Notes: generated by a model from the letters alone, not told the origin. Counted from the first letter of the stretch, positions 1 to 9,437 are shown. The stretch is 64,000 bases of DNA from Pseudobdellovibrionaceae bacterium (GCA_039810425.1 JBDHWW010000003.1:4121-68120), one strand, 5' to 3'. Program-made: numbers and translations.

Positions 1-642
1 AACCGATGCGATGACCAAAGCCGCAAACTTACGATACTCCGTCTCGCGCCATTTCGGTAAGTTGATCATTAAGAAAGTTCCACAGAGGAACCAGCCGATA
101 GGATACCCGGGATGCAGATTCACCCAAAAGAGAAAAATCATCGGCAGCACATACTTCCAGCGGCCCGGTTTGATGTGTTCAGCCATCAGGATGTTTAAAA
201 CAGCGACGACAAAGAAGTCCGAGAAGAAGGAGGTCCTCTCCATCATTCGGAAGCTCATCGCATAGACCGCTAGAACGACCGAAACCCCCCAAAACCATGT
301 CGCCTGTGGAGACTTTCGGATTCGCCAGAGGGGAAAACAGTATACCAAAGTAATGAAGAACGATTTAACGACTATAATCAGATCAAAATCACCGAGCTGA
401 TAAAGACCGTAGAAAACAAAATAACCCAGCCACTGATGCAGAATTGTCCAATGAAAATTCGGGATTGAAAATAAGAAAGGATCCGTCACCGGCAAAGAAC
501 CGGTCTTAAAATACTCACGAACAATCGCGAGATACATGAAGAGATCCTCTGACATCAGCGGAAAGCAGCTCATGCTAATCACAAGCAAGGCAACAGAAAA
601 CCAGACCAGCCCTTTCGAGCTGGCGTCGAAATTCAACTTCAT
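1..642 (-). CDS. polytopic membrane protein, GT-C-like (ArnT/PMT-type) glycosyltransferase candidate; 3' end lies outside the window
   Basis: Absent from the ORF track because its stop is off-window. I checked all 214 minus-frame triplets from 642 down to 1 and found no stop. ATG at 642. The translation MKLNFDASSKGLVWFSVALLVISMSCFPLMSEDLFMYLAIVREYFKTGSLP... is a series of hydrophobic helices with an acidic first loop, as in GT-C enzymes. It supersedes + ORF 11..265. Confidence 0.6.
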   Translation of the reverse strand, partial: MKLNFDASSKGLVWFSVALLVISMSCFPLMSEDLFMYLAIVREYFKTGSLPVTDPFLFSIPNFHWTILHQWLGYFVFYGLYQLGDFDLIIVVKSFFITLVYCFPLWRIRKSPQATWFWGVSVVLAVYAMSFRMMERTSFFSDFFVVAVLNILMAEHIKPGRWKYVLPMIFLFWVNLHPGYPIGWFLCGTFLMINLPKWRETEYRKFAALVIASV

Positions 643-668
643 CCCAAAAGTTTAAAGGAGTTTACAAC

Positions 669-3236
669 CTACTGCAACTCTTCCAGGGCCCGCATCCACG
701 GACTCAAAACACGGCTCAATTGTGCCTGACTTGCTTGAGACAAAGACGGCTGCACCTCGACCAAAGCTCTTAGCGTTTGGATTTTTTCAGGAAAGCTCAA
801 ACTAGACCCGTCGCCGTTCACGTAGAAGCGGTCTGTCTTACTGAAAGCGTTCTTGTTGAGGGCAAAATAAATCTCATGAGCTGTCCAAAGGTATGCGTTC
901 ATTCCCGTGATTTCCCATGCGGCGACTAAGGCCCGAATGGCCATCGCCTGATCTTCGATGCGATAGTTCGGATTCTTCACCTTTTGCATTGTCTTCAACG
1001 AGTAAACCGATTGAACCATTGAGTTTTCATCCAAAAGCTGGCTGGAGATAAAATTTGCTAAAGCAATAGTCAAAAGCTTGAGATCCTTACGGCCCTCAAT
1101 CAGCGCCTGCAAAGGAGTCGCTCCGGTTTCATCGCGTTCTAGCAAAATTGCCGAACGCGTCCGCTCGACACCGTCAGTGGCTTTTAAGAACTCTTGAATT
1201 GCCAGCAAGAACTTTGCAACGTCCTGGCCTTGAACTTGATTTGCCCTTTGGCCGTCTTTGATATCAACGAGCCCGGCCATAATCGCGGTCTCTTCGCCGC
1301 CGGATTGATATTGATCAGCCCATATAGTTTTATTGTTCAAGGTGATCAAAAAAACCGGTGTCGATTTCTTCGTGATATTCTTTAGTAAAACCGCTGCATC
1401 CCCAATATTCAGCGCAAAGAGCATGTCTTTCGGGAATAACGGCCTTGCCAGCGCGGGATTTTGAATTTCACTCGTCAGTTCCTGCGCTTGAACTTTGCCA
1501 AGGCTTTCTTCAAAGCCAGTCTTTTTCCAATCGGCGGTGAAATTCAGCATTTGGCTGAGACCACGCAGCTGATCCGCATAGGCCGAGGCTGAGAAGTCTT
1601 TCGCGTAAGGCTCTTCAGAAGCCTGGAAAGAATCCGACATCTTGATTTTATCTGGAATACGATAAGAGTACGCCGACTTTGTAAATGTCATTAAGTCCAG
1701 TGAAGTCTTGGTCTTTTCGATCGGCATCATCAATGCCGGCACCAAACGCTTCTCGTCATCACGATAACCGCCCAGCGCAATCAACTTATTGATCTGCGAC
1801 AAGGCGATGCGCATTTTGAAATCATTCTGGTCCGGAGTATTTTGTAAAAACAAAGCATTCGCTGCCATTGAAGTGCCGGCCGCGTTTGCCTTTAAATCCA
1901 AAGAACTCCCTGCCGCTTCGACCGCCATTTTACTTTTTGTAGAAAATTGCAAGTTCACAGATGGAGCTTCAAATCCTGCAACCTTTCCGTCAGTGCCAGG
2001 CAAGGTCTTGCCTGCCCACTTGCTGATGAGGTTCTTCAGGTAGCGCGGATAGTCCTTACGGATCGCCAAAAGCTCATCCGCTTTATCGACAAGACCCGCA
2101 TCGATTTGCTTTGCGAATGTCTCTGGCATTGTCACGATGAAGGTCTGCGCGAACCGCTCGATAATGCCGATCATGTATTTCAAAGTCGCCTGGTTCAGTT
2201 TTGTATGAAGTTGCTCTATACCATATTGCTCAATCTTTGGCAGAATGAAAATCTTCTTGGCGACACCGTTGATAATACCACCGCTGCAGCCCGGAAGGCG
2301 CAGGCAACTCAGGTCTTTCGCGTCTTGCTTTGCAAGAAAGTCATACAGAGACTGATTTTCTTTTTGGAAATAGTCAACCCGCTCTTGCGGAGTCAAAATA
2401 CTCCAAATGTCGATCAAAACAGTCAAGCCCGCTTGCGGCGTTGTTAAACTGTCCAAGTCTTTTGCGATCACCCGGCCTTGCTGAATGCTCTTTTGGGTTT
2501 CTGCAGGCAACTGCATTTCAAATTGCGCAATCGCGCCTTCAACAAGGGCCAGTGCTTTTGAAAAGAGGGGCGTATTATAAAGCTGATTAGCCATATCGCG
2601 GAATTTCGCAAACAAAGTCGATGTTTGCTTCTGCAATTCCGCGTTGACTCCCTCAGAGATCACTTTTGGAATACCCAAAGCAGCGATTCTATTAGTCACG
2701 ACCAAGGTAAAAGCCTCAGCGCTGACGATAATGCGATTCAAATCCGAACCCTGTTGTGGCCATGCATAGCTTTTACCGAGATCAGCGATAGAGCTCTTAA
2801 TAAGTTTACGTGAACGATCCAAATCAACCTGAACCTCGCCGAGAGACTTCTGAACTTGCTCCTCAGTTTGAGTTGTTGCCAAAGTTGCAAAAGGGCTGCG
2901 TGCAAAATCCGTATAAGAGCTCGTCCTTGAAGACTTATAGAATCGCTCGACCCACTGCAAACCTGCTTGAGTCAGTTGGGGGCGCTCTGTCTTTTGACCA
3001 AGCAGCATCAGGTTTTCCGCTTGCTGAAAGAAGCTCGCCGTCGAAACCGTGCCTTCCCATGCGAGATTGGCTTTGAAAAGTTCGCTCTCTTTAAGGCCGG
3101 CGCTCAAATCCGTATCTTGATTACGAGGACCGAATTCGCTGGTCGGTTGTGGGAACTGACGTTCTTGGGCTTTCGGCGCACACGCATTGATGAGGAAGCT
3201 GGCGGCAATGGCAAGTTTGATAGTGTTTTTCATCAT
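669..3236 (-). CDS. large (855 aa) putative lipoprotein, function unknown
   Basis: N-terminus MMKNTIKLAIAASFLINAC has a signal peptide plus a lipobox-like Cys. It sits tightly between the OMP gene (stop at 3242) and the membrane-protein gene (start at 642), so an operon is likely. No catalytic motif recognised. Confidence 0.7.
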   Translation of the reverse strand: MMKNTIKLAIAASFLINACAPKAQERQFPQPTSEFGPRNQDTDLSAGLKESELFKANLAWEGTVSTASFFQQAENLMLLGQKTERPQLTQAGLQWVERFYKSSRTSSYTDFARSPFATLATTQTEEQVQKSLGEVQVDLDRSRKLIKSSIADLGKSYAWPQQGSDLNRIIVSAEAFTLVVTNRIAALGIPKVISEGVNAELQKQTSTLFAKFRDMANQLYNTPLFSKALALVEGAIAQFEMQLPAETQKSIQQGRVIAKDLDSLTTPQAGLTVLIDIWSILTPQERVDYFQKENQSLYDFLAKQDAKDLSCLRLPGCSGGIINGVAKKIFILPKIEQYGIEQLHTKLNQATLKYMIGIIERFAQTFIVTMPETFAKQIDAGLVDKADELLAIRKDYPRYLKNLISKWAGKTLPGTDGKVAGFEAPSVNLQFSTKSKMAVEAAGSSLDLKANAAGTSMAANALFLQNTPDQNDFKMRIALSQINKLIALGGYRDDEKRLVPALMMPIEKTKTSLDLMTFTKSAYSYRIPDKIKMSDSFQASEEPYAKDFSASAYADQLRGLSQMLNFTADWKKTGFEESLGKVQAQELTSEIQNPALARPLFPKDMLFALNIGDAAVLLKNITKKSTPVFLITLNNKTIWADQYQSGGEETAIMAGLVDIKDGQRANQVQGQDVAKFLLAIQEFLKATDGVERTRSAILLERDETGATPLQALIEGRKDLKLLTIALANFISSQLLDENSMVQSVYSLKTMQKVKNPNYRIEDQAMAIRALVAAWEITGMNAYLWTAHEIYFALNKNAFSKTDRFYVNGDGSSLSFPEKIQTLRALVEVQPSLSQASQAQLSRVLSPWMRALEELQ

Positions 3237-3241
3237 TCCCC

Positions 3242-4459
3242 CTAAAAAAACAACATCAAGTTAAGTTCTTGAACAAGCTGTCTTTCAATGTTTGTTCCTG
3301 CGACCACATCAGAAACCTCCAGCGCAATGATCGCAGGGATCACAGCTGTTTTTCTGAAGTAGCTTTTAATGCTATTATAAGTGAGTTCCATCTTCGCGCG
3401 TTGTGCGTTCAGGACCGTCTTCGCGGACAATAGATCGTATCGGGCATCTTTGGATCCACGATAGGAGTCTTTTTCTTTTTGAGAAAGCTCATAACCAGCG
3501 CCAAGACTCCAACTATCGCTAAAATCATAGACAAGGCTCCCACCGAGAGTGGTTGTATTACCGATTGTTCTTTGAACTGTTTGCTTTGTTGACGCATCCG
3601 GAAGAGTGTCATCTTCATTTGTTGGAACACGTGCCGTGACTTCATCCGGCATGTTGAACAGGTAGCCCAAATAAGGAATCGCGGTGAAGCCCTTGCCGAG
3701 CTTGCGGGAGTATACAAATGAGTTGTTCAAAGTTGTGCGACCGAAAACATTAAGCTCCGCGAGGTCGTCAGGATTGTATTTCGGACCCGTCGGCAGACCG
3801 AGCTGTGCTTGATACACGAGGGCTTGGTCATTGTTACCGAAAAGGCGGTACATACTCACGAGCTGAACATCGCCGACAAAGGTTTCGTTCTTATCACTGA
3901 GTTGCTTGTAGCCTTTATCCGCCAGGGCTTGATTAGTCGCGGTGCTGAGATCGGTGTTCAGTGCCTGATCCAGCTCCGGATCAAGCCCCGAGAATTGGCG
4001 GCGGTAAGCATCGATGTTGGAAAACTGGCTCGAAATCGAGATTCTATTTGTATAAGTTACAACTGGAAGACCGAAGCCCACTGTCCAATCATTGGTCACT
4101 CCGCGGGCGTAGACGGGGGCGAAGTACTTTACGGTTGGCATTGTTTCGACCTTGAGGACTCCAAGGTTGAATTGATCTCCGAGGCCCTGGGCGCCAAAAC
4201 GATTAAGGGCCGTAATGAGTTTTTTCGCGTCTGCATTAAATTTTGCCAAAGTCGGTGCATCAAAAATAACCGATTTGTAGTCTCCGAGTTTCATAAGGGT
4301 GCCGGTCTCGGTGTAGCGTTCATCGATACCTTGGATATTTCCCATGCGAATCGACGGGCTATGGACCCCTGCGGGCAGGAGCGAGGTCGACGGAAGAGCT
4401 TGGGCGCACTTTGTCCCCATTCCGATGGAGACTAAGACTAGTAAGGCAAGTAACTTCAT
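3242..4459 (-). CDS. outer-membrane beta-barrel protein (putative porin/transport barrel)
   Basis: Signal peptide MKLLALLVLVSIGMGTKCAQA, alternating beta-strand-like sequence, and a C-terminal ...LNLMLFF with the terminal aromatic typical of OMPs. ATG at 4459 is preceded by GGAAGGG. The track start at 4474 is a TTG that overlaps this RBS. Confidence 0.7.
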   Translation of the reverse strand: MKLLALLVLVSIGMGTKCAQALPSTSLLPAGVHSPSIRMGNIQGIDERYTETGTLMKLGDYKSVIFDAPTLAKFNADAKKLITALNRFGAQGLGDQFNLGVLKVETMPTVKYFAPVYARGVTNDWTVGFGLPVVTYTNRISISSQFSNIDAYRRQFSGLDPELDQALNTDLSTATNQALADKGYKQLSDKNETFVGDVQLVSMYRLFGNNDQALVYQAQLGLPTGPKYNPDDLAELNVFGRTTLNNSFVYSRKLGKGFTAIPYLGYLFNMPDEVTARVPTNEDDTLPDASTKQTVQRTIGNTTTLGGSLVYDFSDSWSLGAGYELSQKEKDSYRGSKDARYDLLSAKTVLNAQRAKMELTYNSIKSYFRKTAVIPAIIALEVSDVVAGTNIERQLVQELNLMLFF

Positions 4460-4769
4460 TGAGATCCCTTCCAATGACGCTTTAAAATCATCTATAAATT
4501 TTTCTAAGCGAACTTCGTGCCAACCTCAACCGCACCACACTGACAAACAACAACGAAAATGCCGCAGTCGGGTGTCGCAGTTCCGAATATTCAGAGTGTA
4601 TTTTTCAATTCGAGAAATTTTCACGAGACTTCTTCGCGCCTAAATGCATGAGAAACTCTCACGAAAAATTATGTTTCTTTTTCTGAGGTTCGAGAAACCG
4701 CGAATTCGCATCTAAAATCTTCTAACGCAGATTCATTTCAAAAATTCAGACCGATCGACGACCCCTTGG

Positions 4770-6071
4770 CTAGTAGAGTGTGCGGCCTGAGGCGAGTTCG
4801 AGGTTGCCTAAGGCTTCGATTGCGTCGATTTGCGATTGCACGAGTTTGGCTTTGTTAAGGTCCAACTCAAGCTCGGAGTCTAAGAGGTCATTGACCGTGC
4901 GAGTGCCCGCCTTTTTGCCGGCAGTGGCTTGACGAACAGCCTCTTGAGCTTGCGAGATCGAGACGGATTTTGATTTATATACGGAGACACTGTAATTGTA
5001 TTTGCGTTTCCAGAGGTCCAGCTCTTGTGGCAATTGAATCATCGCCGCACGAGTGGCCTCAGCCGCGATCTTTTCTTGATTTGCCGCTTGATGCTGGCTT
5101 GCCCAGGACGCTCCACCATCGAAGACTTCCCAATTCAAGGTCACCCCCACGGAGTAGGCATCTTTGTATTTTGATGACTCCACCACGTCGCGATCGGCGA
5201 AGTTATAATAAGTCTTATCGGCATAGACATTCAACTTTGGCGACCACCAAGCTTTAGAAGCCGCCGCCAACCGGGCGGCCCCCTCTTCACGCAAGAGCTT
5301 TGCCTGAATATCATCACGGTTTTGAGCCTCTGCCTGCAGATCCGCAGGAATTACAATCTTATCAATCGAAGGAAAGTCCCCCGCCAGATTCTCAGGGATA
5401 GACTCAAGACCCATAACCTGCGCTAAACGGTTTTTCGCCAGTGTAATATTATCATCGGCTTGAAGCTTTTCAGTTTTTGCCTCAGCCAATTGCACTTCGA
5501 TACGAAGGGCATCGTAGTTCGTCGTATAGCCATACTTCACATAGCGCTTGGCCTGATCCAAATGCTCGTCAAGATTCTTAACACGCTGATTGGCCACCAC
5601 GGCCAATGTCTGAGCTCCCAGCGCCTGATAAAAATGAGAACGGACGGTGCGCTCTAGTTGAAATTCCGCACGACGCAGTTCCAATTCAGAAGCGCGCTCC
5701 TGCAAAGCGGCGGCCTTGTAATTGTTCATACCACCGAAACCTTCAAACAAAGTATAAGCCGCGCGAATATTGAAGTCCGTGTAAGGGCTTTCAACCGGCA
5801 TCTCAATATGAGCGCCGCCAAAGTCCACCGGCATCAACATGTATTTCTCGCCGAACCGATGCTCGCCGTTCACGCTCAACTTCGGCATGAAAGTCGAAAA
5901 GGCTTTCTTTTTCTGCCATGTCGCGGAGTCGTGTCCTAAACGAAGCTGACGAATGCCCGGGTTATTGTCCTTTGCTTTTGCCAGCGCCTCTTGAAAGGTC
6001 AACGACTGAGCATGTGCCGCTCCACCGACGAATAGAACAAAACTGAAGAACAACTTTCCAACTTTTTTCAT
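4770..6071 (-). CDS. TolC-family outer-membrane efflux protein
   Basis: Signal peptide MKKVGKLFFSFVLFVGGAAHAQS followed by the two-repeat TolC-like helical pattern. ATG at 6071 has a GGAG RBS and lies 2 nt from the emrB-like stop (6073). It is the last gene of the marR-emrA-emrB operon. Confidence 0.8.
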   Translation of the reverse strand: MKKVGKLFFSFVLFVGGAAHAQSLTFQEALAKAKDNNPGIRQLRLGHDSATWQKKKAFSTFMPKLSVNGEHRFGEKYMLMPVDFGGAHIEMPVESPYTDFNIRAAYTLFEGFGGMNNYKAAALQERASELELRRAEFQLERTVRSHFYQALGAQTLAVVANQRVKNLDEHLDQAKRYVKYGYTTNYDALRIEVQLAEAKTEKLQADDNITLAKNRLAQVMGLESIPENLAGDFPSIDKIVIPADLQAEAQNRDDIQAKLLREEGAARLAAASKAWWSPKLNVYADKTYYNFADRDVVESSKYKDAYSVGVTLNWEVFDGGASWASQHQAANQEKIAAEATRAAMIQLPQELDLWKRKYNYSVSVYKSKSVSISQAQEAVRQATAGKKAGTRTVNDLLDSELELDLNKAKLVQSQIDAIEALGNLELASGRTLY

Positions 6072-6072
6072 T

Positions 6073-7629
6073 TCACGACTCCATCGCTGCAACTTCTGGA
6101 TCCACTTTGACTTTGCCTCGTGGCAGGAAGAAAGCAATGAGAACACAGCCACTGACAATACACGCTCCGACCAAGAAGGAATCCTGGAACGAAAGCACCA
6201 TCGATTTTATATTCAAATCCTGGATGAGCAAACCTTGCGAAACCGCCTGAGACTGCCCCCAAGTGTAACCCAAAGAATGCACATGATCGCGTAGGATCAC
6301 CGCCTGTCGGGCGAGGCCTTCGGTTTGGTTCGCAAGATTCTCGCCAACAACGCTGAGGTGATAATGCATACGGTGACTGAGCACCATCGACAGGATCGCG
6401 ATCCCCAAAGAACCACCTATCTGTTGCATGATGTTCATCATCGAAGACGCCATCCCGGCTTTGTTTTTAGGAACGGAGTTCATCGCAAGCGCTGAGATCG
6501 GTGAAATCATCAGCGCCAAGCCTACACCGCGAATCAGTGTCGGATAAATAATTCCCCATTTCGAGGTATTGATGTCCAAGTCCTTATAAAGGAACATGAA
6601 AATACCCAACAACACCAGACCGGTGATCGTCAAAGTCCGCGCGCCCATTTTATCGCTGAGGCGCCCGCCCACGGGCATTAACATCGCAAGAACCAAAGAG
6701 CCGGGCAGCATCAAAAGCCCGCTGTCCACTTCTTCCAAACCTTGAATCTGCTGCAAGAAGACCGGCAACAAGAATGTTCCGCCATACAAAGCCAGCGAGC
6801 GCACCATTGTCACCACCATCGCCATTGTAAAGGTGCTGTTTTTAAACAATGTGATGTCGATGATTCGGTTTTCCACTTGGGTTTCCACAAGCATGAAACC
6901 GGTAAAACCTAAGGTCGCGATAATTCCGCAGACAACAATGTAATTCGAAGTCCATCCTTCATGCTCGCCTTTTGAGACGCCTAGCAGAAAAGAAATAAGA
7001 AAAGCCGTTAAAAAGAAAAATCCCCACGTATCAAATGCTCTGCGGTGATGGGGATGCGGAACATCTTTACGCAGCATCTTCATCGCCATAATCAAACCGA
7101 TAATACCGATCGGCAGATTTACAAGAAAGATCGACCTCCAACCAAACCACTCGGTCAAAAAGCCTCCCAGTGTTGGGCCGATCGCAGGACCCGCGATCAC
7201 TCCGACGCCCCAATAGCCAAGCGCTTTACCACGCTCATCAGGATCAAATACCTCGGTGATCATCGCCATACCCGTTGGCGTGATCGCCCCGCCGCCCAGG
7301 GCTTGAATCACGCGCGCTACGATCAGCGAAGGCAAATCCCACGCAAGCCCGCACAGCACCGAACCTAAGGTGAACACAATAAGACTGACTGCATACAAGG
7401 ATTTATGACCGATGCGATCGCGGAGCCACGCAGTCAGCGGCATCAGAGAGGCAAAGGCCAACATGTAGCCCGTGACAATCCATTCGATGTCATCAACGCC
7501 AACACCGAAGTCGGCCATGATATTTGGTACAGAGACATTGACGATACTGGAATCCAGGGCGGCCATCATCGTCCCAATCATGACGATGATGAGCACCTCC
7601 CATTTATAACGCGAATTTTGCGTTTCCAT
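6073..7629 (-). CDS. emrB: MFS drug-efflux transporter, DHA2 (EmrB/QacA) family, 14-TMS type
   Basis: 518 aa. N-terminus ...LIIVMIGTMMAALDSSIVNVSVPNIM..WIVTGYMLAFASLMPLTAWLRDRIG is the typical DHA2 signature region. Many TM segments. Confidence 0.85.
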   Translation of the reverse strand: METQNSRYKWEVLIIVMIGTMMAALDSSIVNVSVPNIMADFGVGVDDIEWIVTGYMLAFASLMPLTAWLRDRIGHKSLYAVSLIVFTLGSVLCGLAWDLPSLIVARVIQALGGGAITPTGMAMITEVFDPDERGKALGYWGVGVIAGPAIGPTLGGFLTEWFGWRSIFLVNLPIGIIGLIMAMKMLRKDVPHPHHRRAFDTWGFFFLTAFLISFLLGVSKGEHEGWTSNYIVVCGIIATLGFTGFMLVETQVENRIIDITLFKNSTFTMAMVVTMVRSLALYGGTFLLPVFLQQIQGLEEVDSGLLMLPGSLVLAMLMPVGGRLSDKMGARTLTITGLVLLGIFMFLYKDLDINTSKWGIIYPTLIRGVGLALMISPISALAMNSVPKNKAGMASSMMNIMQQIGGSLGIAILSMVLSHRMHYHLSVVGENLANQTEGLARQAVILRDHVHSLGYTWGQSQAVSQGLLIQDLNIKSMVLSFQDSFLVGACIVSGCVLIAFFLPRGKVKVDPEVAAMES

Positions 7630-7631
7630 AA

Positions 7632-8504
7632 TTATCTCACTTTAATTTTTACCGTCACTGATTGCCCTGATTTCAAAGTGTCTAAAGGATTGTCCAAAAT
7701 AATTTTGATCGGAATGCGCTGAACCACTTTCACGAAGTTTCCCGAAGCATTGTCGCTCGGAATCAGAGCGAATTGTCCCGCAGTTGCCGCGCGCACTTCA
7801 CTGACTTTGCCACTGAGCTTACCACCTTCATCAATAGAGATGGCCACGGGTTGGCCGGGTTTAATGTGTGTGATTTCAGTTTCTTCGATGTTTGCGTTCA
7901 CCCATGCGTGGGCACGGTCGGCGACAGAAACCGCCGTCTGCCCATTCTCGAGAATATTTCCGACTTCGGCAAGCTTCTGAACCACAATTCCATCAAATGG
8001 CGCCTTCAAGAAGGTATTTTCAAACGCCACTTGCGCGAGCGTGAGCTCTGCTTGCGCCAGAATAAAGTTAGAACGGGCGTTATCGAGGTCTCTTTGTGGA
8101 GCGCTGTTTTGACGAACCAAGCCTTCGAGGCGGCCGAGCTCTTTACGCGTCAAATCCAGTTTAGATTGCGCACGGTCGACTTGCGCTTGACTGATACGGT
8201 GATCGAGCTCAACAAGCACGTCGTCTTTTTTAACGATCGAGCCCTCCTCCACGTTTACTTTTTCAATTCTCCCGCTCACCCCGCTCGGGGCGACGCGCAC
8301 GATGGTCATGGCCACGCGGGCGTCATCCGTATTGATGTACGGATGGAAGAAGAAAAACCACGTAATTAACGCCAGGAGGGTAATACCAAGAGTGCTGACA
8401 AGCACTTTGCGGCTCAGCTCCGACTTGTACCAAACCTTTTTCGCTGAGACAGAGCCTGTTGGAGTTGCTCTTGAAATGCCGGTCGTGATTGTAGTCTCTG
8501 CCAT
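7632..8504 (-). CDS. emrA: HlyD/EmrA-family periplasmic adaptor
   Basis: One N-terminal TM segment, a coiled-coil hairpin region (QAQVDRAQSKLDLTRKEL...) and a lipoyl/beta-barrel pattern (VNVEEGSIVKKDDVLVELD). The stop lies 3 nt from the emrB start. Confidence 0.8.
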   Translation of the reverse strand: MAETTITTGISRATPTGSVSAKKVWYKSELSRKVLVSTLGITLLALITWFFFFHPYINTDDARVAMTIVRVAPSGVSGRIEKVNVEEGSIVKKDDVLVELDHRISQAQVDRAQSKLDLTRKELGRLEGLVRQNSAPQRDLDNARSNFILAQAELTLAQVAFENTFLKAPFDGIVVQKLAEVGNILENGQTAVSVADRAHAWVNANIEETEITHIKPGQPVAISIDEGGKLSGKVSEVRAATAGQFALIPSDNASGNFVKVVQRIPIKIILDNPLDTLKSGQSVTVKIKVR

Positions 8505-8516
8505 AAAGGCTCCTAT

Positions 8517-8954
8517 TTATTTGCCGTGTACTTTGTCAAAGTGTGCGTTTATTTTTGTTAACAAACTAAAAAGCTGTTCATGTTCTTCCGGTGACAGGGA
8601 CGCCACCAAAAGATCCGCAAGTTCGCCGTAAATTGAAAGAATAACCGGCATTTGCTTTTCGCCTTCCGCCGACATCTTGACTGTCCATAGTCGGCCATCT
8701 TCGGGGCTTTGATTTTTCTCAACCCAACGCTGCTCCACCATCTGCGCGATGGAACGACTGACAGTTCCGGGGTCCGTACCGACACGCTCGGCAAGTTTTC
8801 CCAGGCTGATTTCGCCTTGTGTGTGGATTACTTTGAGCATCACCATCTGACGATGCCCGAAAGGCAGATGTTTAATTCTCTGAGAAATTTCTAAACTAAT
8901 GTTTCTTCTCAAAGCGCCATATTGCTCGAGGGTCTTAATATTATTGCTTGCCAT
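8517..8954 (-). CDS. marR: MarR-family transcriptional regulator
   Basis: Winged-HTH region GEISLGKLAERVGTDPGTVSRSIAQMVEQRWVEK with typical length (145 aa from ATG 8954). The track's longer start (9008) adds 18 residues. The choice between starts is uncertain. Confidence 0.75.
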   Translation of the reverse strand: MASNNIKTLEQYGALRRNISLEISQRIKHLPFGHRQMVMLKVIHTQGEISLGKLAERVGTDPGTVSRSIAQMVEQRWVEKNQSPEDGRLWTVKMSAEGEKQMPVILSIYGELADLLVASLSPEEHEQLFSLLTKINAHFDKVHGK

Positions 8955-8990
8955 GGCAACTAATATAACAGGTGTTATTTGCCATAGCAA
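8948..8990 (-). promoter_or_regulatory. tandem 12-bp palindromes, candidate MarR operator
   Basis: TTGCCATGGCAA (8948..8959, a perfect palindrome overlapping ATG 8954) and TTGCCATAGCAA (8979..8990, 1 mismatch). Centres are 31 bp apart, about 3 helical turns. Confidence 0.5.
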
Positions 8991-9050
8991 GGAGTGTGGA
9001 ACTCGCATTCCAAAATGAGACGTAAGATATTAGAATTATTATTCGACTTA

Positions 9051-9092
9051 GAAAAACAAAAAGCCATGGGCTTCAATCCATGGCTTTGTTTT
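9051..9092 (-). terminator. Rho-independent terminator (structurally bidirectional)
   Basis: 10-bp stem AAAGCCATGG/CCATGGCTTT (9060..9069 / 9078..9087) with an 8-nt loop. An A-tract upstream and a T-tract downstream give a U-tract on either strand (minus strand reads ...TTTGTTTTTC). Confidence 0.7.
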
Positions 9093-9112
9093 AAAAGAGT
9101 TTTATAGCTCTA

Positions 9113-9205
9113 CTATGGGGGTCCTGTCTCCTGGTGATGGACCAATTCACGAAGCTCCCTGTGAAGCATGAATTCGTGGCGAAGTGATTTGTTTATTCGT
9201 AACAC
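9113..9205 (-). CDS. candidate 30-aa basic/His-rich micro-protein (or the core of a ~190-nt sRNA)
   Basis: GGAGG (9216..9212) lies 6 nt upstream of GTG 9205. The translation is MLRINKSLRHEFMLHRELRELVHHQETGPP*, verified triplet by triplet. The strong terminator follows about 20 nt after the stop. Not in the ORF track because it is under 60 aa. Confidence 0.3.
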   Translation of the reverse strand: MLRINKSLRHEFMLHRELRELVHHQETGPP

Positions 9206-9249
9206 TCGCATCCTCCTCTAAGGCCATCACTACGATGAACCAACATGCA

Positions 9250-9265
9250 GTACTTATCGGCTGGA
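9250..9265. repeat. left arm of a 16-bp perfect inverted repeat bracketing pilZ
   Basis: AGTACTTATCGGCTGG is the exact reverse complement of 10192..10207. Confidence 0.9.
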
Positions 9266-9285
9266 CCTTCGGCGGGTTGAGGTTT
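9255..9285 (-). promoter_or_regulatory. candidate sigma-28 (FliA) promoter for the micro-ORF/sRNA
   Basis: The minus strand reads TCAA-N15-GCCGATAA: -10 octamer at 9262..9255 and TCAA at 9281..9278. This has the same geometry as the clearer promoter at 44402..44428. Confidence 0.35.
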
Positions 9286-9437
9286 TTTTTAACCAGCACG
9301 TACGATTATCAGTGTGAAACGAGACTTGCTGTATTTAATTGCACAAATAAAAAAATTTGTTCCAACATCACCCTGGCTTACAAAAGAACACTCGCATAAA
9401 AAAGCTGCTTGAGTCGCTACTCTTGAGGGGGCGCTTG

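Noticed and set aside
11-265. Track ORF of 84 aa on the + strand at the left edge
   Set aside because: The opposite strand is open for all 214 codons from 642 to 1 and encodes a convincing polytopic membrane protein. The + ORF is an antisense artefact.
3809-4435. Long antisense ORFs inside real genes (3809..4435+, 7773..8369+, 28769..29494+, 46151..46777+, 50702..51313-, 55781..56230+, 57142..57567+, 59028..59462+)
   Set aside because: Each lies fully inside a gene with strong family motifs on the other strand. Their translations are Arg/His/Cys-rich and low-complexity, as is typical of shadow ORFs in DNA of 50% GC or more.
9184-9399. 71-aa + strand track ORF in the marR-pilZ spacer
   Set aside because: It has no RBS and an odd composition, and it spans the candidate promoter and T8 tract. 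The spacer is better explained by the minus-strand micro-ORF/sRNA unit and the pilZ promoter.
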